Shown: positions 20,759-29,401 of the stretch, in pieces | Numbering within the stretch: position 1 is the first letter of the stretch | Layout: the number at the start of each line of letters is the position of its first letter | Assembly: GCA_963698935.1 (NCBI GenBank) | Contig: CAVOSU010000024.1 | Coordinates: 42,952-106,951, forward strand | Reading direction: 5' to 3' | From: an uncultured Actinomycetes bacterium | Lineage (GTDB): Bacteria > Actinomycetota > Thermoleophilia > Gaiellales > Gaiellaceae | DNA: 64,000 nucleotides | Translations under genes and position numbers: made by a program | Notes under the pieces: generated by a model | Told to the model about the DNA's origin: nothing | Seen by the model: the letters and a program-made list of their open reading frames with translations, nothing else | Databases searched by the model: none

Positions 20759-21832
20759 TCAGCCGCGGCCCTTGGCCCGCCCCGCCTCGCGCGCGAAGGC
20801 GGACAGCGCCTTCCAGCGCTTGCGCTCCTCGGCCTGCGCGCGCCTGTCGAGCCGTCGATCGAGGCGCGCGAGCTCGCGCTGGAGCTTCAGGTAGCTCTCC
20901 CAGCGCTCCGGCGCGATCGTGCCGTTTGCAATGGCCTCCTTCACCGCACAGCCCGGCTCACTCTCGTGCGCACAGTCCGAGAACCGGCACCGGCCGAACA
21001 GCTCGGTGACGTCCTCGAACGCCTCCTCGAGCCCCTCCTCGGCGATCCAGAGCTGCACCTCGCGCATTCCGGGCGTGTCGATCACGAGACCGCCGCCGGG
21101 AAGCTGGACGAGCTCGCGGCGTGTCGTGGTGTGTCGGCCCTTGCCGTCGTCGCGGATTTCGCGGGTCTCGAGGAGCTCCTCGCCCGCGAGGGTGTTGACG
21201 AGGGTCGACTTGCCGACGCCCGACGAGCCGAGCAGGGCGGCGGTCACGCCGGGCTCGAGGTACGCGCGCACCTCGTCCAGCCCTGCGCCCGTGATGTTCG
21301 AGATCGCGTGCACGGGGACGCCGAAGCTGACGGATTCGACCCCGGCCACGGCGGCGGAGACGTCGTCGGAGAGATCCGCCTTCGTCAGCACGAGCACCGG
21401 GCGCGCGCCGCTTTCCCATGCGAGGGTGAGATACCGCTCGAGGCGGCGGAGGTTCATCTCCTCGTTCAGCGAGGTGACGATCAGGACGACGTCGACGTTC
21501 GCCGCGAGCACCTGCTCCTCCGAGGCCTGCCAGGCTGTCTTGCGCGAGAACTTCGTCCGGCGGGGAAGGACGGCCTGGACGGTGCCGGCCCGCTCGTCCG
21601 GGCGGGCGGCGACGGCGACCCAGTCCCCGACCGCAGGGAGGTCGGCCGGGGAGCCGGCCTCCTCGTACAGACGGCCGGCGACGTCGCAGCGCAGCTCGCC
21701 CTCGGTCGTGAGGACGTCGTACGCGCCGCGATGCTGCACGGCGACGCGGCCGGGGATCAGGCCGGCGCGGGCGTGGGGCTCGAATTGCTCGGCGAGGACG
21801 TCGTCCCAGCCGAGGGCGGTGAGGTCGTGCAC
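20759..21832 (-). CDS. rsgA: ribosome small-subunit-dependent GTPase A
   Basis: LTKADL, GSSGVGKSTLVN, DTPGMRE, and zinc knuckle CRFSDCAHESEPGCAV. AGGAGA SD precedes GTG 21832. Confidence 0.95.
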   Translation of the reverse strand: MHDLTALGWDDVLAEQFEPHARAGLIPGRVAVQHRGAYDVLTTEGELRCDVAGRLYEEAGSPADLPAVGDWVAVAARPDERAGTVQAVLPRRTKFSRKTAWQASEEQVLAANVDVVLIVTSLNEEMNLRRLERYLTLAWESGARPVLVLTKADLSDDVSAAVAGVESVSFGVPVHAISNITGAGLDEVRAYLEPGVTAALLGSSGVGKSTLVNTLAGEELLETREIRDDGKGRHTTTRRELVQLPGGGLVIDTPGMREVQLWIAEEGLEEAFEDVTELFGRCRFSDCAHESEPGCAVKEAIANGTIAPERWESYLKLQRELARLDRRLDRRAQAEERKRWKALSAFAREAGRAKGRG

Positions 21833-21912
21833 GGCGATGGTCTCCTCTCGGGGCTAGCTACAGGACGCGGCGCGGCGCGCCCGTTGCGAGAGGCCCGTCT
21901 CCGGTGCTGCTG

Positions 21913-21966
21913 CTATCGGCCGACGGGCCGCGCCGAACGCGGCCGGGAGGAAGCAAGCTCTGTCAT
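21913..21966 (-). CDS. possible 17-codon leader ORF upstream of rsgA
   Basis: GAAGGAGG, then 7 nt, then ATG. Peptide is MTELASSRPRSARPVGR, stop TAG. Too short for the ORF track. Confidence 0.2.
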   Translation of the reverse strand: MTELASSRPRSARPVGR

Positions 21967-22034
21967 CGTGCAACCTCCTTCGTCGGGGACGGGTTCCAGT
22001 ATGCCCGACACCCCGGCGATCGGGAAGGCGGCCG

Positions 22035-22922
22035 CTACGCGACCCGCCGCAGCTGCTCGTCGAGCGGGACGAGCGGCACGTGGAACACGCGTTCCGCGGC
22101 GCCGTCCGTGACGACGTTGTCGCCCGCCTCCATCATCGTCAGCAGGTCGCGGGTGAGGGGGATGTTGCCCGGCAGGCGCTCGGTGACGAGCGCGTTCGCG
22201 CGCATGAACGCCATCGGCACGTGGACGCTCGGCCTGCGCACCCCGATGGCCTTCTTGAGCTGCGCCCAGAGCTCGTTCCAGCTGACGACGTCCGGCCCGC
22301 CCAGCTCGAAAGTCTCGCCGGTCGCCGCGTCGTCGTCGACCGCGCGGACGAAGTATGAGGCGACGTCGTCGACCCAGATCGGCTGCAGGCGCTGCTCGCC
22401 GGAGCCGGCAATCGGCGTGATCGGCGTGAGCTTCGCAAGCTTGCGGAACGTCGGCAGGATCCCCCCGTCAGCGGCGAACACGAAGCTCGGCCGAAAGATC
22501 ACGAACGGCAGGGATGAACCCCTGACCGCCTCCTCCATCGCCCACTTCGCGCGGTAGTACGGGACGAGGTCCTTCGTCCGCTCGTCGACGCCGAGCGCGC
22601 TCATGTGCACGAAGCGCCGGACACCCGCCTCATTCGCCGCGAGGAGGAGGTCGCGGGTTCCCTGGCTCATGATCCGCTCGAACTGCTCGGCTTTCCCCTG
22701 TCGGATCGCGACGAGGTGGACGACGCACTCCATGCCCTCGACGGCCGAGGCGAGGCTCGCGGGCTCGGTCATGTCGCCCTCGACCAGCTCGCACCCGGCG
22801 AGCTGGGGCTTCGCGGCCGTGCGCAGATCGCGGACGAGGCAGCGCACCGGCTTCCCGGAGCGGCGCAGGGCAACCACGACGTGACCGCCGACGAACCCCG
22901 TGGCTCCGGTGACGAGGATCAT
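22035..22922 (-). CDS. NAD(P)H-binding SDR-family protein (NmrA/NDUFA9-like)
   Basis: Rossmann motif MILVTGATGFVGGHVV; 295 aa atypical SDR layout. Confidence 0.85.
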   Translation of the reverse strand: MILVTGATGFVGGHVVVALRRSGKPVRCLVRDLRTAAKPQLAGCELVEGDMTEPASLASAVEGMECVVHLVAIRQGKAEQFERIMSQGTRDLLLAANEAGVRRFVHMSALGVDERTKDLVPYYRAKWAMEEAVRGSSLPFVIFRPSFVFAADGGILPTFRKLAKLTPITPIAGSGEQRLQPIWVDDVASYFVRAVDDDAATGETFELGGPDVVSWNELWAQLKKAIGVRRPSVHVPMAFMRANALVTERLPGNIPLTRDLLTMMEAGDNVVTDGAAERVFHVPLVPLDEQLRRVA

Positions 22923-23149
22923 CCCCGCGGATCATGCAACCCGCGTGGGCCTGGTCAAACCTCGTCCCGGGGAGGGCTCAGCGAGCCCGGGGACCGGTGT
23001 GCCAGAAGACGAGCGCCGCCGCCGTTGCCTCCGCGAGGAGGCTGACCGCCGCCACGAGCTTGAGTGAGATCGGAATCCGCCGCATATACCGGTTATCGGC
23101 AGATTCGTCGAGTTTGTCCAGCGGACCGGCACACTACGATGGCCATCCC

Positions 23150-26100
23150 GTGAGCGCTCCGTTCGTCCACCTGCACGTCCACTCGGAGTACTCGATCCTC
23201 GATGGGGCCTGCAGGATCCCGGCGCTCGCGGAGAAGGCGGCCCGCCTCGAGATGCCGGCCGTCTCGCTCACCGACCACGGCTCGATGGCCGGCGCGATCG
23301 ACCTCTACAAGGCGGCGCAGGCGCAGGGCGTCAAACCGATCTTCGGGTGCGAGGTGTACGTCGTGGACGACCGGCGCGTCCAGAAGAAGGGCCACGCGCA
23401 CCTCACGCTCCTCGCCGCCGACACCACCGGCTACGCGAACCTCGTCAGGCTCTGCTCGCTCGCGTACCTCGAGGGCTACTACTACAAGCCGCGCGTCGAC
23501 TGGGAGCTGCTCGAGCGGTACGCGCCGGGGATGATCGCGCTCTCCGGGTGCCTCTCCGGCCGCGTCTCGCGGGCGCTGTCCGAGCATCGCGAGGACGACG
23601 CGCTCGCCGAGCTCGACCGGCTCTCGCAGATCTTCGGCCGGGACTCGACGTACGTGGAGCTGCAGAACGTCGGGCTCGACGTCCAGCAGCCCGCCTTCCA
23701 GGGGCTGCCCGGCCTCGCCGAGCGGCTCGGGCTGCCGCTCGTCGCGACCGGGGACGTCCACTACCTCGACGCGTCCGACGCCCATAGTCACGACGCGCTG
23801 CTCTGCATCCAGTCGGGCGACTCGCTGAAGAACCCCGACCGCTGGCGCTTCGGGGCGGACGAGTTCTACTTCAAGACCCCCGAGGAGATGTCGCTCGACT
23901 TCCCGGGCCACGAGGAGGCTCTCCGGCGCAGCCTCGAGGTGGCGGAGCGGTGCAACGTCGAGCTCGAGCTCGGGCGGATCCGGCTGCCTCGCTTCCCGGT
24001 GCCGGACGGGCGCGACGCGTTCGAGTACCTCGTCGAGCTCTGCGAGCGGGGGCTCGTCAAGCGCTACGGCTCGTCCACCCCCGAGCTCGACGACCGGCTC
24101 CGGTTCGAGCTCAAGACGATCCGCGAGATGGGCTTCGCGGACTACTTCCTGATCGTCGCGGACTTCATCGGGTTCGCGAAGGGGAACGGCGTCTCGGTGG
24201 GGCCGGGCCGCGGCTCCGCGGCCGGCTCGCTCGCCGCCTACTGCCTCGAGATCACGGACATCGACCCGATGCGGTACGGGCTGCTGTTCGAGCGCTTCCT
24301 CAACCCGGCGCGCAAGGACATGCCCGACATGGACATCGACTTCGCCGTCGAGGGCCGCGAGCGCGTCATCAACTACGTCGCGGAGAAGTACGGGCGCGAC
24401 CGCGTGGCGCAGATCATCACGTTCTCGAAGATGGCCGCGCGCGCCGCGTTGCGCGACGCCGGACGCGTCCTCGAGATCCCGTACGGCGTCGTCGACCGGA
24501 TCGCGAAGCTGGTCCCCGAAGGCCCCGGGCAGACGCTCGACGAGGCGCTCAAGCCGGGTGCGGAGCTGGCGCGGGCGGTCGCAGACGATCCGGTCGCGAA
24601 GGAGATCGTCGAGCTCGCCCGCCCACTCGAGGGGCTGACGCGCGCCGACTCCATCCACGCGGCCGGCGTCGTGATCGGAGCGGAGCCGCTGATCGACGTC
24701 GTTCCGCTCCAGCAGAAGGGGCCCGGCGCCGAGGTCGTCACGCAGCTGTCGATGAAGAACGTCGAGGCGCTCGGCCTCCTGAAGGTCGATTTCCTCGGCC
24801 TCCGTAACCTCGACGTGATCGACAAGGCTGTCGAGCTGGTCGACGGCGTCGACATCGGCGTGATCCCGCTCGACGACCGGAAGACGTACGAGATGCTGGC
24901 GCGAGCGGACGCGATCGGGGTGTTCCAGTTCGAGTCGTCGGGGATGCGCGACGCCCTGCGCTCGGTCAAGCCGACCGAGTTCGAGGATCTGATCGCGCTC
25001 GTCGCCCTCTACCGGCCGGGCCCGATGCAGTACATCCCCACGTACGCGGCGCGGAAGAACGGCCGGGAGGCGGTCACGTACATCGACCCGCGCCTCGCGC
25101 CGATCACCGGCGACTCGTACGGGATCTGCATCTACCAGGAGCAGTACATGCAGATCGCCAAGCAGCTCGCGGGATTCGAGCCCGCCGAGGCCGAGACCCT
25201 GCGCCGCGCGATCGGCAAGAAGATCCACGAGCTGATGGCATCGCTGAAGGGGAAGTTCCTCGACGGGTGCGCCGCCAACGACGTGACCCCCGCGGTGGCC
25301 GACCAGCTCTGGAAGGACATGGAGTCCTCGCAGGACTACTCCTTCAACAAGGCCCATGCGGCCTGCTACGCGCTGATCGCGTACCGGACGGCGTGGCTGA
25401 AGGCGAACCACCCGTGCGAGTACATGGCGGCGCTCATCTCGAGCGTGATGAACACGAAGGACCGCGTCCCGTTCTACGTCAACGCGTGCGACGAGATGGG
25501 CATCGACGTGCTGCCGCCCGACGTGAACTCGTCAGCGGTCGACTTCGCCGTGGTCGAGGGGAAGATCCGCTTCGGGCTCAACGCCGTGAAGAACGTCGGG
25601 GAGACCGCCGCGCAGCGCATCGTCGCCGCCCGGGACGAGGGCGGGCCGTTCGAGTCGATCTGGGACTTCACCGAGCGCGTCGACCCGCAGGTCGTGAACA
25701 AGCGCTCGCTCGAGTCACTCGTGAAGTGCGGCGCGCTCGACTCGACGGGCGCCTCGCGGATGGGGATGCTCGCGGTGCTCGAGCAGGCGCTCGGGCACGG
25801 CCAGAAGCTCGCGCAGGACCGGCTGATCGGACAGTCCTCGCTGTTCGACGGTGCGTTCGACCAGGGAGAGCCGACCGCCACGAAGCACCATCCGCCCGTC
25901 CCGCAGACCGAATTCACCAAGGACGAGCTCCTGCGCCTCGAGAAGGAGACGCTCGGGCTGTACGTCTCGGAGCACCCGCTATCGGGCGTCCGGGACCAGC
26001 TGCGGCGGAAGACGGACGCGAGCCTCGCGGAGCTCGAGCGACGTCGCGACGGCGAGGTCGTCACGGTCGGCGGTATCGTCACCGACACGAAGCAGGTGAC

Positions 26101-26539
26101 GACGAAGCGCGGCGAGCCGATGGTGTTCCTCGCCCTCGACGATCCCACCGGCTCGGCCGAGGTGGTCGTGTTCAACTCGACGTACCAGGCTGCGCGTGAG
26201 CTCTGTGTAGCCGACCGGATCCTCGTCGTGAAGGGGCGGGTCGACCACAAACAGCAGGGAGAGACGAAGCTCGTGGCAATGGAGGTCTCTTCGTTCGAGG
26301 CGGTCATCGAGCGGACAGAGGTCCGTTTCGCGCTCGACGCGCGGGAGGCGCCGGCCGGCGTCATCCGCGAGCTCGCTCGTCTCGTCCGCGAGTTCCCAGG
26401 GGAGTCGCCCGTCTACCTGTCGCTCGACACCTCGGAGGGGCCGAAGACGTACGCGCTCGGACCGGAGTACCGTGTCCGGCCGGACGCGGACTTCCTCGCC
26501 GAAGCACGCTCGCTCCTCGGCGGCGCGTCGGTGCTCTGA
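23150..26539 (+). CDS. dnaE: DNA polymerase III alpha subunit
   Basis: PHP domain start FVHLHVHSEYSILDGA. Palm, fingers and OB domains present throughout. GTG 23150 chosen; the upstream 72 codons of the track ORF are not DnaE-like. Confidence 0.95.
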   Translation: MSAPFVHLHVHSEYSILDGACRIPALAEKAARLEMPAVSLTDHGSMAGAIDLYKAAQAQGVKPIFGCEVYVVDDRRVQKKGHAHLTLLAADTTGYANLVRLCSLAYLEGYYYKPRVDWELLERYAPGMIALSGCLSGRVSRALSEHREDDALAELDRLSQIFGRDSTYVELQNVGLDVQQPAFQGLPGLAERLGLPLVATGDVHYLDASDAHSHDALLCIQSGDSLKNPDRWRFGADEFYFKTPEEMSLDFPGHEEALRRSLEVAERCNVELELGRIRLPRFPVPDGRDAFEYLVELCERGLVKRYGSSTPELDDRLRFELKTIREMGFADYFLIVADFIGFAKGNGVSVGPGRGSAAGSLAAYCLEITDIDPMRYGLLFERFLNPARKDMPDMDIDFAVEGRERVINYVAEKYGRDRVAQIITFSKMAARAALRDAGRVLEIPYGVVDRIAKLVPEGPGQTLDEALKPGAELARAVADDPVAKEIVELARPLEGLTRADSIHAAGVVIGAEPLIDVVPLQQKGPGAEVVTQLSMKNVEALGLLKVDFLGLRNLDVIDKAVELVDGVDIGVIPLDDRKTYEMLARADAIGVFQFESSGMRDALRSVKPTEFEDLIALVALYRPGPMQYIPTYAARKNGREAVTYIDPRLAPITGDSYGICIYQEQYMQIAKQLAGFEPAEAETLRRAIGKKIHELMASLKGKFLDGCAANDVTPAVADQLWKDMESSQDYSFNKAHAACYALIAYRTAWLKANHPCEYMAALISSVMNTKDRVPFYVNACDEMGIDVLPPDVNSSAVDFAVVEGKIRFGLNAVKNVGETAAQRIVAARDEGGPFESIWDFTERVDPQVVNKRSLESLVKCGALDSTGASRMGMLAVLEQALGHGQKLAQDRLIGQSSLFDGAFDQGEPTATKHHPPVPQTEFTKDELLRLEKETLGLYVSEHPLSGVRDQLRRKTDASLAELERRRDGEVVTVGGIVTDTKQVTTKRGEPMVFLALDDPTGSAEVVVFNSTYQAARELCVADRILVVKGRVDHKQQGETKLVAMEVSSFEAVIERTEVRFALDAREAPAGVIRELARLVREFPGESPVYLSLDTSEGPKTYALGPEYRVRPDADFLAEARSLLGGASVL

Positions 26540-26641
26540 ATTGCTCGCCAGGCAGGAATCCGCTTGCGCGGATTCCTGCGGCTTGATCCCCGCCTGCGGC
26601 GGGGCACACCCTGAAGGCGTCGGCTGACGCCGCCGCAACTG
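26540..26641 (+). repeat. three-hairpin intergenic repeat, copy B
   Basis: Starts on the base after the dnaE TGA. H1 is GCAGGAATCCGC-TTGC-GCGGATTCCTGC, H2 is CCCCGCC-TGC-GGCGGGG, H3 is GGCGTC-GGCT-GACGCC, and it ends GCAACTG. Confidence 0.9.
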
Positions 26642-26662
26642 CCTGCCGGCCGGGCGGCAGCT

Positions 26663-26863
26663 CTACAGGAGGATTCGGAGCGCGAGATCGACCGGGCAGC
26701 CCTGCTCGAGCAGGGTGACGGCACGATGGAGGTCGACCTCGGGGGAGGCGGCGAGCACCGCGGCCGACTCGAGGTCGTACCCGGCGCGCTCGAGCGAAGC
26801 GAGTCGCCACTGCTCGACCCTGTCGACCTCGAACTCCAGCTCTGTGATGTGTGCCGTGGTCAT
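26663..26863 (-). CDS. small hypothetical protein (66 aa)
   Basis: GAGG 4 nt before ATG 26863. GC3-rich, non-repetitive sequence: MTTAHITELEFEVDRVEQWRLASLERAGYDL... Confidence 0.5.
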   Translation of the reverse strand: MTTAHITELEFEVDRVEQWRLASLERAGYDLESAAVLAASPEVDLHRAVTLLEQGCPVDLALRILL

Positions 26864-27006
26864 CTGCCTCTACCCCTGGAAACGACGATGCCTCGACCGG
26901 TATTCGGCACGAGGCGCTGATTGGTTCTCTCGTTCTACGCCACGGACGTCTGGGAAATGCATTCACCGCGTGAACATGCTGTTAAACCTCGGTGCCGAGG
27001 AGGCAC

Positions 27007-27036
27007 TTGCGGTGGCGGCCACGACACTCGTAGGAT
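27007..27036 (+). promoter_or_regulatory. sigma-70-like promoter of a leaderless mRNA
   Basis: TTGCGG, 18 nt, TAGGAT, 6 nt, ATG 27043. No SD. Confidence 0.55.
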
Positions 27037-27042
27037 CGTGCG

Positions 27043-27456
27043 ATGCTCCACAAGGACGCGAAGATCGAGCTCCTCCGGAACGTCCCGCTCTTCGCCGGAT
27101 GCTCGAAGGCGGAGCTCCAGCAGGTCGCGCAGCTGGCCGATGAGCTCGACCTCGCCGAGGGCGCGACGCTCATTCGCGAGGGAGAGCGTGGCCGAGAGTT
27201 CATCGTCGTCGCGGACGGCACGGTCGAGGTGACGCGCGGCGGGAAGATGCTGCGCGAGCTGGGCTCCGGTGACTTCATCGGAGAGATCGCGCTCGTCGTC
27301 GACCGCCCGCGGACGGCCACCGTGACCGCGACATCTCCCGTGCGCCTGCTCGTCGTCACCGACCGCGCGTTCAGCCGCCTGCTCGAGCAGGTGCCGTCGC
27401 TCTCGGTGAAGGTGATGCAGAGCCTCGGCGAGCGCCTGCACGCAGATGCGCTCTAA
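27043..27456 (+). CDS. stand-alone cyclic-nucleotide-binding domain protein
   Basis: LFAGCSKAEL...GDFIGEIALV...RTATVTA is the canonical cNMP phosphate-binding cassette. No output domain (137 aa). Confidence 0.9.
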   Translation: MLHKDAKIELLRNVPLFAGCSKAELQQVAQLADELDLAEGATLIREGERGREFIVVADGTVEVTRGGKMLRELGSGDFIGEIALVVDRPRTATVTATSPVRLLVVTDRAFSRLLEQVPSLSVKVMQSLGERLHADAL

Positions 27457-27558
27457 CTTGCTCGCGAAGCGGGATTCCGCGGGAGCGGAATCCCGCCGCT
27501 GATCCCCGCCTGCGGCGGGGCACATCCCTGAAGGCGCCCGCTGTCGCGGTCGCAACTG
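27457..27558 (+). repeat. three-hairpin intergenic repeat, copy C1 (tandem with C2)
   Basis: Starts on the base after TAA 27454-27456. H1 is GCGGGATTCCGC-GGGA-GCGGAATCCCGC. Confidence 0.9.
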
Positions 27559-27560
27559 AT

Positions 27561-27660
27561 CCTTCTCGCGAAGCAGGAATCCGCAGGAGCGGATTCCTGC
27601 CGCTGATCCCCGCCTGCGGCGGGCAGATCCCTGAAGGCGTCGGCTTCGCCGCCGCAACTG
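27561..27660 (+). repeat. three-hairpin intergenic repeat, copy C2
   Basis: Follows C1 after 2 nt. The TGA inside C1's AACTGAT precedes it. H1 is GCAGGAATCCGC-AGGA-GCGGATTCCTGC. Confidence 0.9.
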
Positions 27661-27674
27661 CCTCCTTGCCATGT

Positions 27675-27698
27675 GGTGTCCGACTTCAGTCGGACACC
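27675..27698. repeat. perfect 10-bp hairpin GGTGTCCGAC-TTCA-GTCGGACACC
   Basis: Seen directly. Its outer arms GGTGTC/GACACC are the same as the two palindromes at 37435 and 37534. Confidence 0.6.
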
Positions 27699-27748
27699 TG
27701 AACCGAGCTACACCGCCGTGAGACAACCGTAGGCAGAATGCGTCGGCG

Positions 27749-28633
27749 GTGAGCTTCCTCGCGTCGATCCCCTCGCCGAGCTCCGGCACCGTCGAGCTCG
27801 GGCCGATCACGGTGCACATGTACGGGCTCACGTTGCTCGTCGCGATCGCGGTGTGCACGTGGGTCACCGGGAAGCGCTGGGTGAACCGCGGCGGGGACTG
27901 GGACCTGATCTTCCGCTGCGCCGTCTGGGGCGTCGCGGCCGGGATCGTCGGCGCCCGCCTGTACCACGTGATCACGAGCTGGGACGAGGTGCCCGACACG
28001 TGGTGGGGGCCGTTCGCGATCTGGCGCGGCGGGCTCGGCGTGTGGGGCGGCATCGCGCTCGGCTGCCTCGTCGGCGGCATCGTCGCGAAGCGCGCAGGGG
28101 CCGACGTGTGGCTCCTCGCCGACTGCCTCGCGCCCGGGCTCCTGCTCGCCCAGGGAATCGGACGGCTCGGCAACTGGTGGAACCAGGAGCTCTTTGGCAA
28201 GCCGACCGACCTGCCCTGGGGCCTCGAGATCGACCCGGTCAACCGGCCGCTCGCCTATCTCGACTCGGCGACCTTCCACCCGACGTTCCTGTACGAGCTG
28301 ATCTGGGACTTCGCGGCCGCAGCCGTGCTGGTGTACCTCATCGAGCGCCGTCTCAAGCCCCGGCCGCCGGGCGTGTTCGCCGCATACATCGCCCTCTACT
28401 GCGTCGGGCGCTTCGGGGAGGAGCTCCTGCGGGTCGACCCCGCGCACCACATCGCCGGGTTGCGGCTCAATGCCTGGGTGTCGCTGATCGGGATCGTCGT
28501 CGGCGTGGCGTGGTACGTGCTCTCGCAGCGCGACCGGACGTCTGCTCGCCGCAGCAGAGGACGGACGAAGCCGACGAAGCCGACGCGGCGGATGGCCGTC
28601 CCGGGCGAGAGGCGCGTCCGACCGCCCGGCTAG
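27749..28633 (+). CDS. lgt: prolipoprotein diacylglyceryl transferase
   Basis: HMYGLTLLVAI..., GARLYHV, WRGGLGVWGG and GRLGNWWNQELFG are Lgt signatures. Confidence 0.95.
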   Translation: MSFLASIPSPSSGTVELGPITVHMYGLTLLVAIAVCTWVTGKRWVNRGGDWDLIFRCAVWGVAAGIVGARLYHVITSWDEVPDTWWGPFAIWRGGLGVWGGIALGCLVGGIVAKRAGADVWLLADCLAPGLLLAQGIGRLGNWWNQELFGKPTDLPWGLEIDPVNRPLAYLDSATFHPTFLYELIWDFAAAAVLVYLIERRLKPRPPGVFAAYIALYCVGRFGEELLRVDPAHHIAGLRLNAWVSLIGIVVGVAWYVLSQRDRTSARRSRGRTKPTKPTRRMAVPGERRVRPPG

Positions 28634-28636
28634 ATT
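28631..28636 (+). promoter_or_regulatory. -10 box for leaderless scpA (overlaps the lgt stop)
   Basis: TAGATT, 6 nt, GTG 28643. Confidence 0.4.
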
Positions 28637-28642
28637 CGCGCC

Positions 28643-29401
28643 GTGGCGTCGGCGGTTCGCGATCTCGAGCTGGACCTCGATGCGTTCGAGGGTCCGTTCG
28701 ACCTTCTCCTGACGCTTGTCCTCAAGGAGCAGCTCGAGCCTGCGGAGATCGACATCGCGGCGATCGTGATCGCCTTCGTCGAGCACCTGACCGCACGCGA
28801 CCGAATCGACCTCGACGCGTGCGGCGAGTTCCTCGTGCTCGTCGCCGCGCTGCTCGAGATCAAGGCGCGGCAGCTCTTCCCCGACGAGGGTGCAGAGCTG
28901 GCCGAGCTCGAGCCCGAGGAGGCGGCCGAGGAGCTCGCCCGACGACTGGCGGAGTACCGCCGGATGAAGGAGGCGGCGGGCTGGCTGCGCGAACGGCTCG
29001 CGGAGGAGCGCGACCGCTACTTCCGCCTCGCTCCGGCGCCGCTCGCCCCGCGCGCCGAGCGCCGGCTCGCCTCGCAGGATCCCGTCGCGCTCGCGACGGC
29101 GCTCGCAGGGTTGGCCGAGCCACCGCCGAAAGTGTCCCTCTCGCACATGGCTCTTCGCTTCCCTCCCGTCGCGCAGTTCCTGGAGCGCTTCCGCGCCGTC
29201 CTCCGGAGGCGCAGGGTGTTCGACTTCGACGGCGAGGTCGCGGGCCTCTCGCGGGTCGAGCAGGCCGTCGCGTTCCTCGCGCTCCTCGAGCTCACGAAGA
29301 GCGGCGAGGCGGCGCTCGCTCAGGCCGCGCCGTTCGCGCCGATCCGCGTCACCCGTCCCGAGAAGGAAAGGATTCCGCAGTGGACCGTCCGCTCCGCCTG
29401 A
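28643..29401 (+). CDS. scpA: segregation and condensation protein A
   Basis: LDLDAFEGPFDLLLTLVLKEQL kleisin N-terminus; 252 aa. Confidence 0.9.
   Translation: MASAVRDLELDLDAFEGPFDLLLTLVLKEQLEPAEIDIAAIVIAFVEHLTARDRIDLDACGEFLVLVAALLEIKARQLFPDEGAELAELEPEEAAEELARRLAEYRRMKEAAGWLRERLAEERDRYFRLAPAPLAPRAERRLASQDPVALATALAGLAEPPPKVSLSHMALRFPPVAQFLERFRAVLRRRRVFDFDGEVAGLSRVEQAVAFLALLELTKSGEAALAQAAPFAPIRVTRPEKERIPQWTVRSA

Noticed and set aside
27457-27660. Tandem repeats as a CRISPR array
   Set aside because: The units are ~100 nt, directly adjacent without unique spacers, only two in tandem, and dispersed as single copies elsewhere. There are no cas genes.
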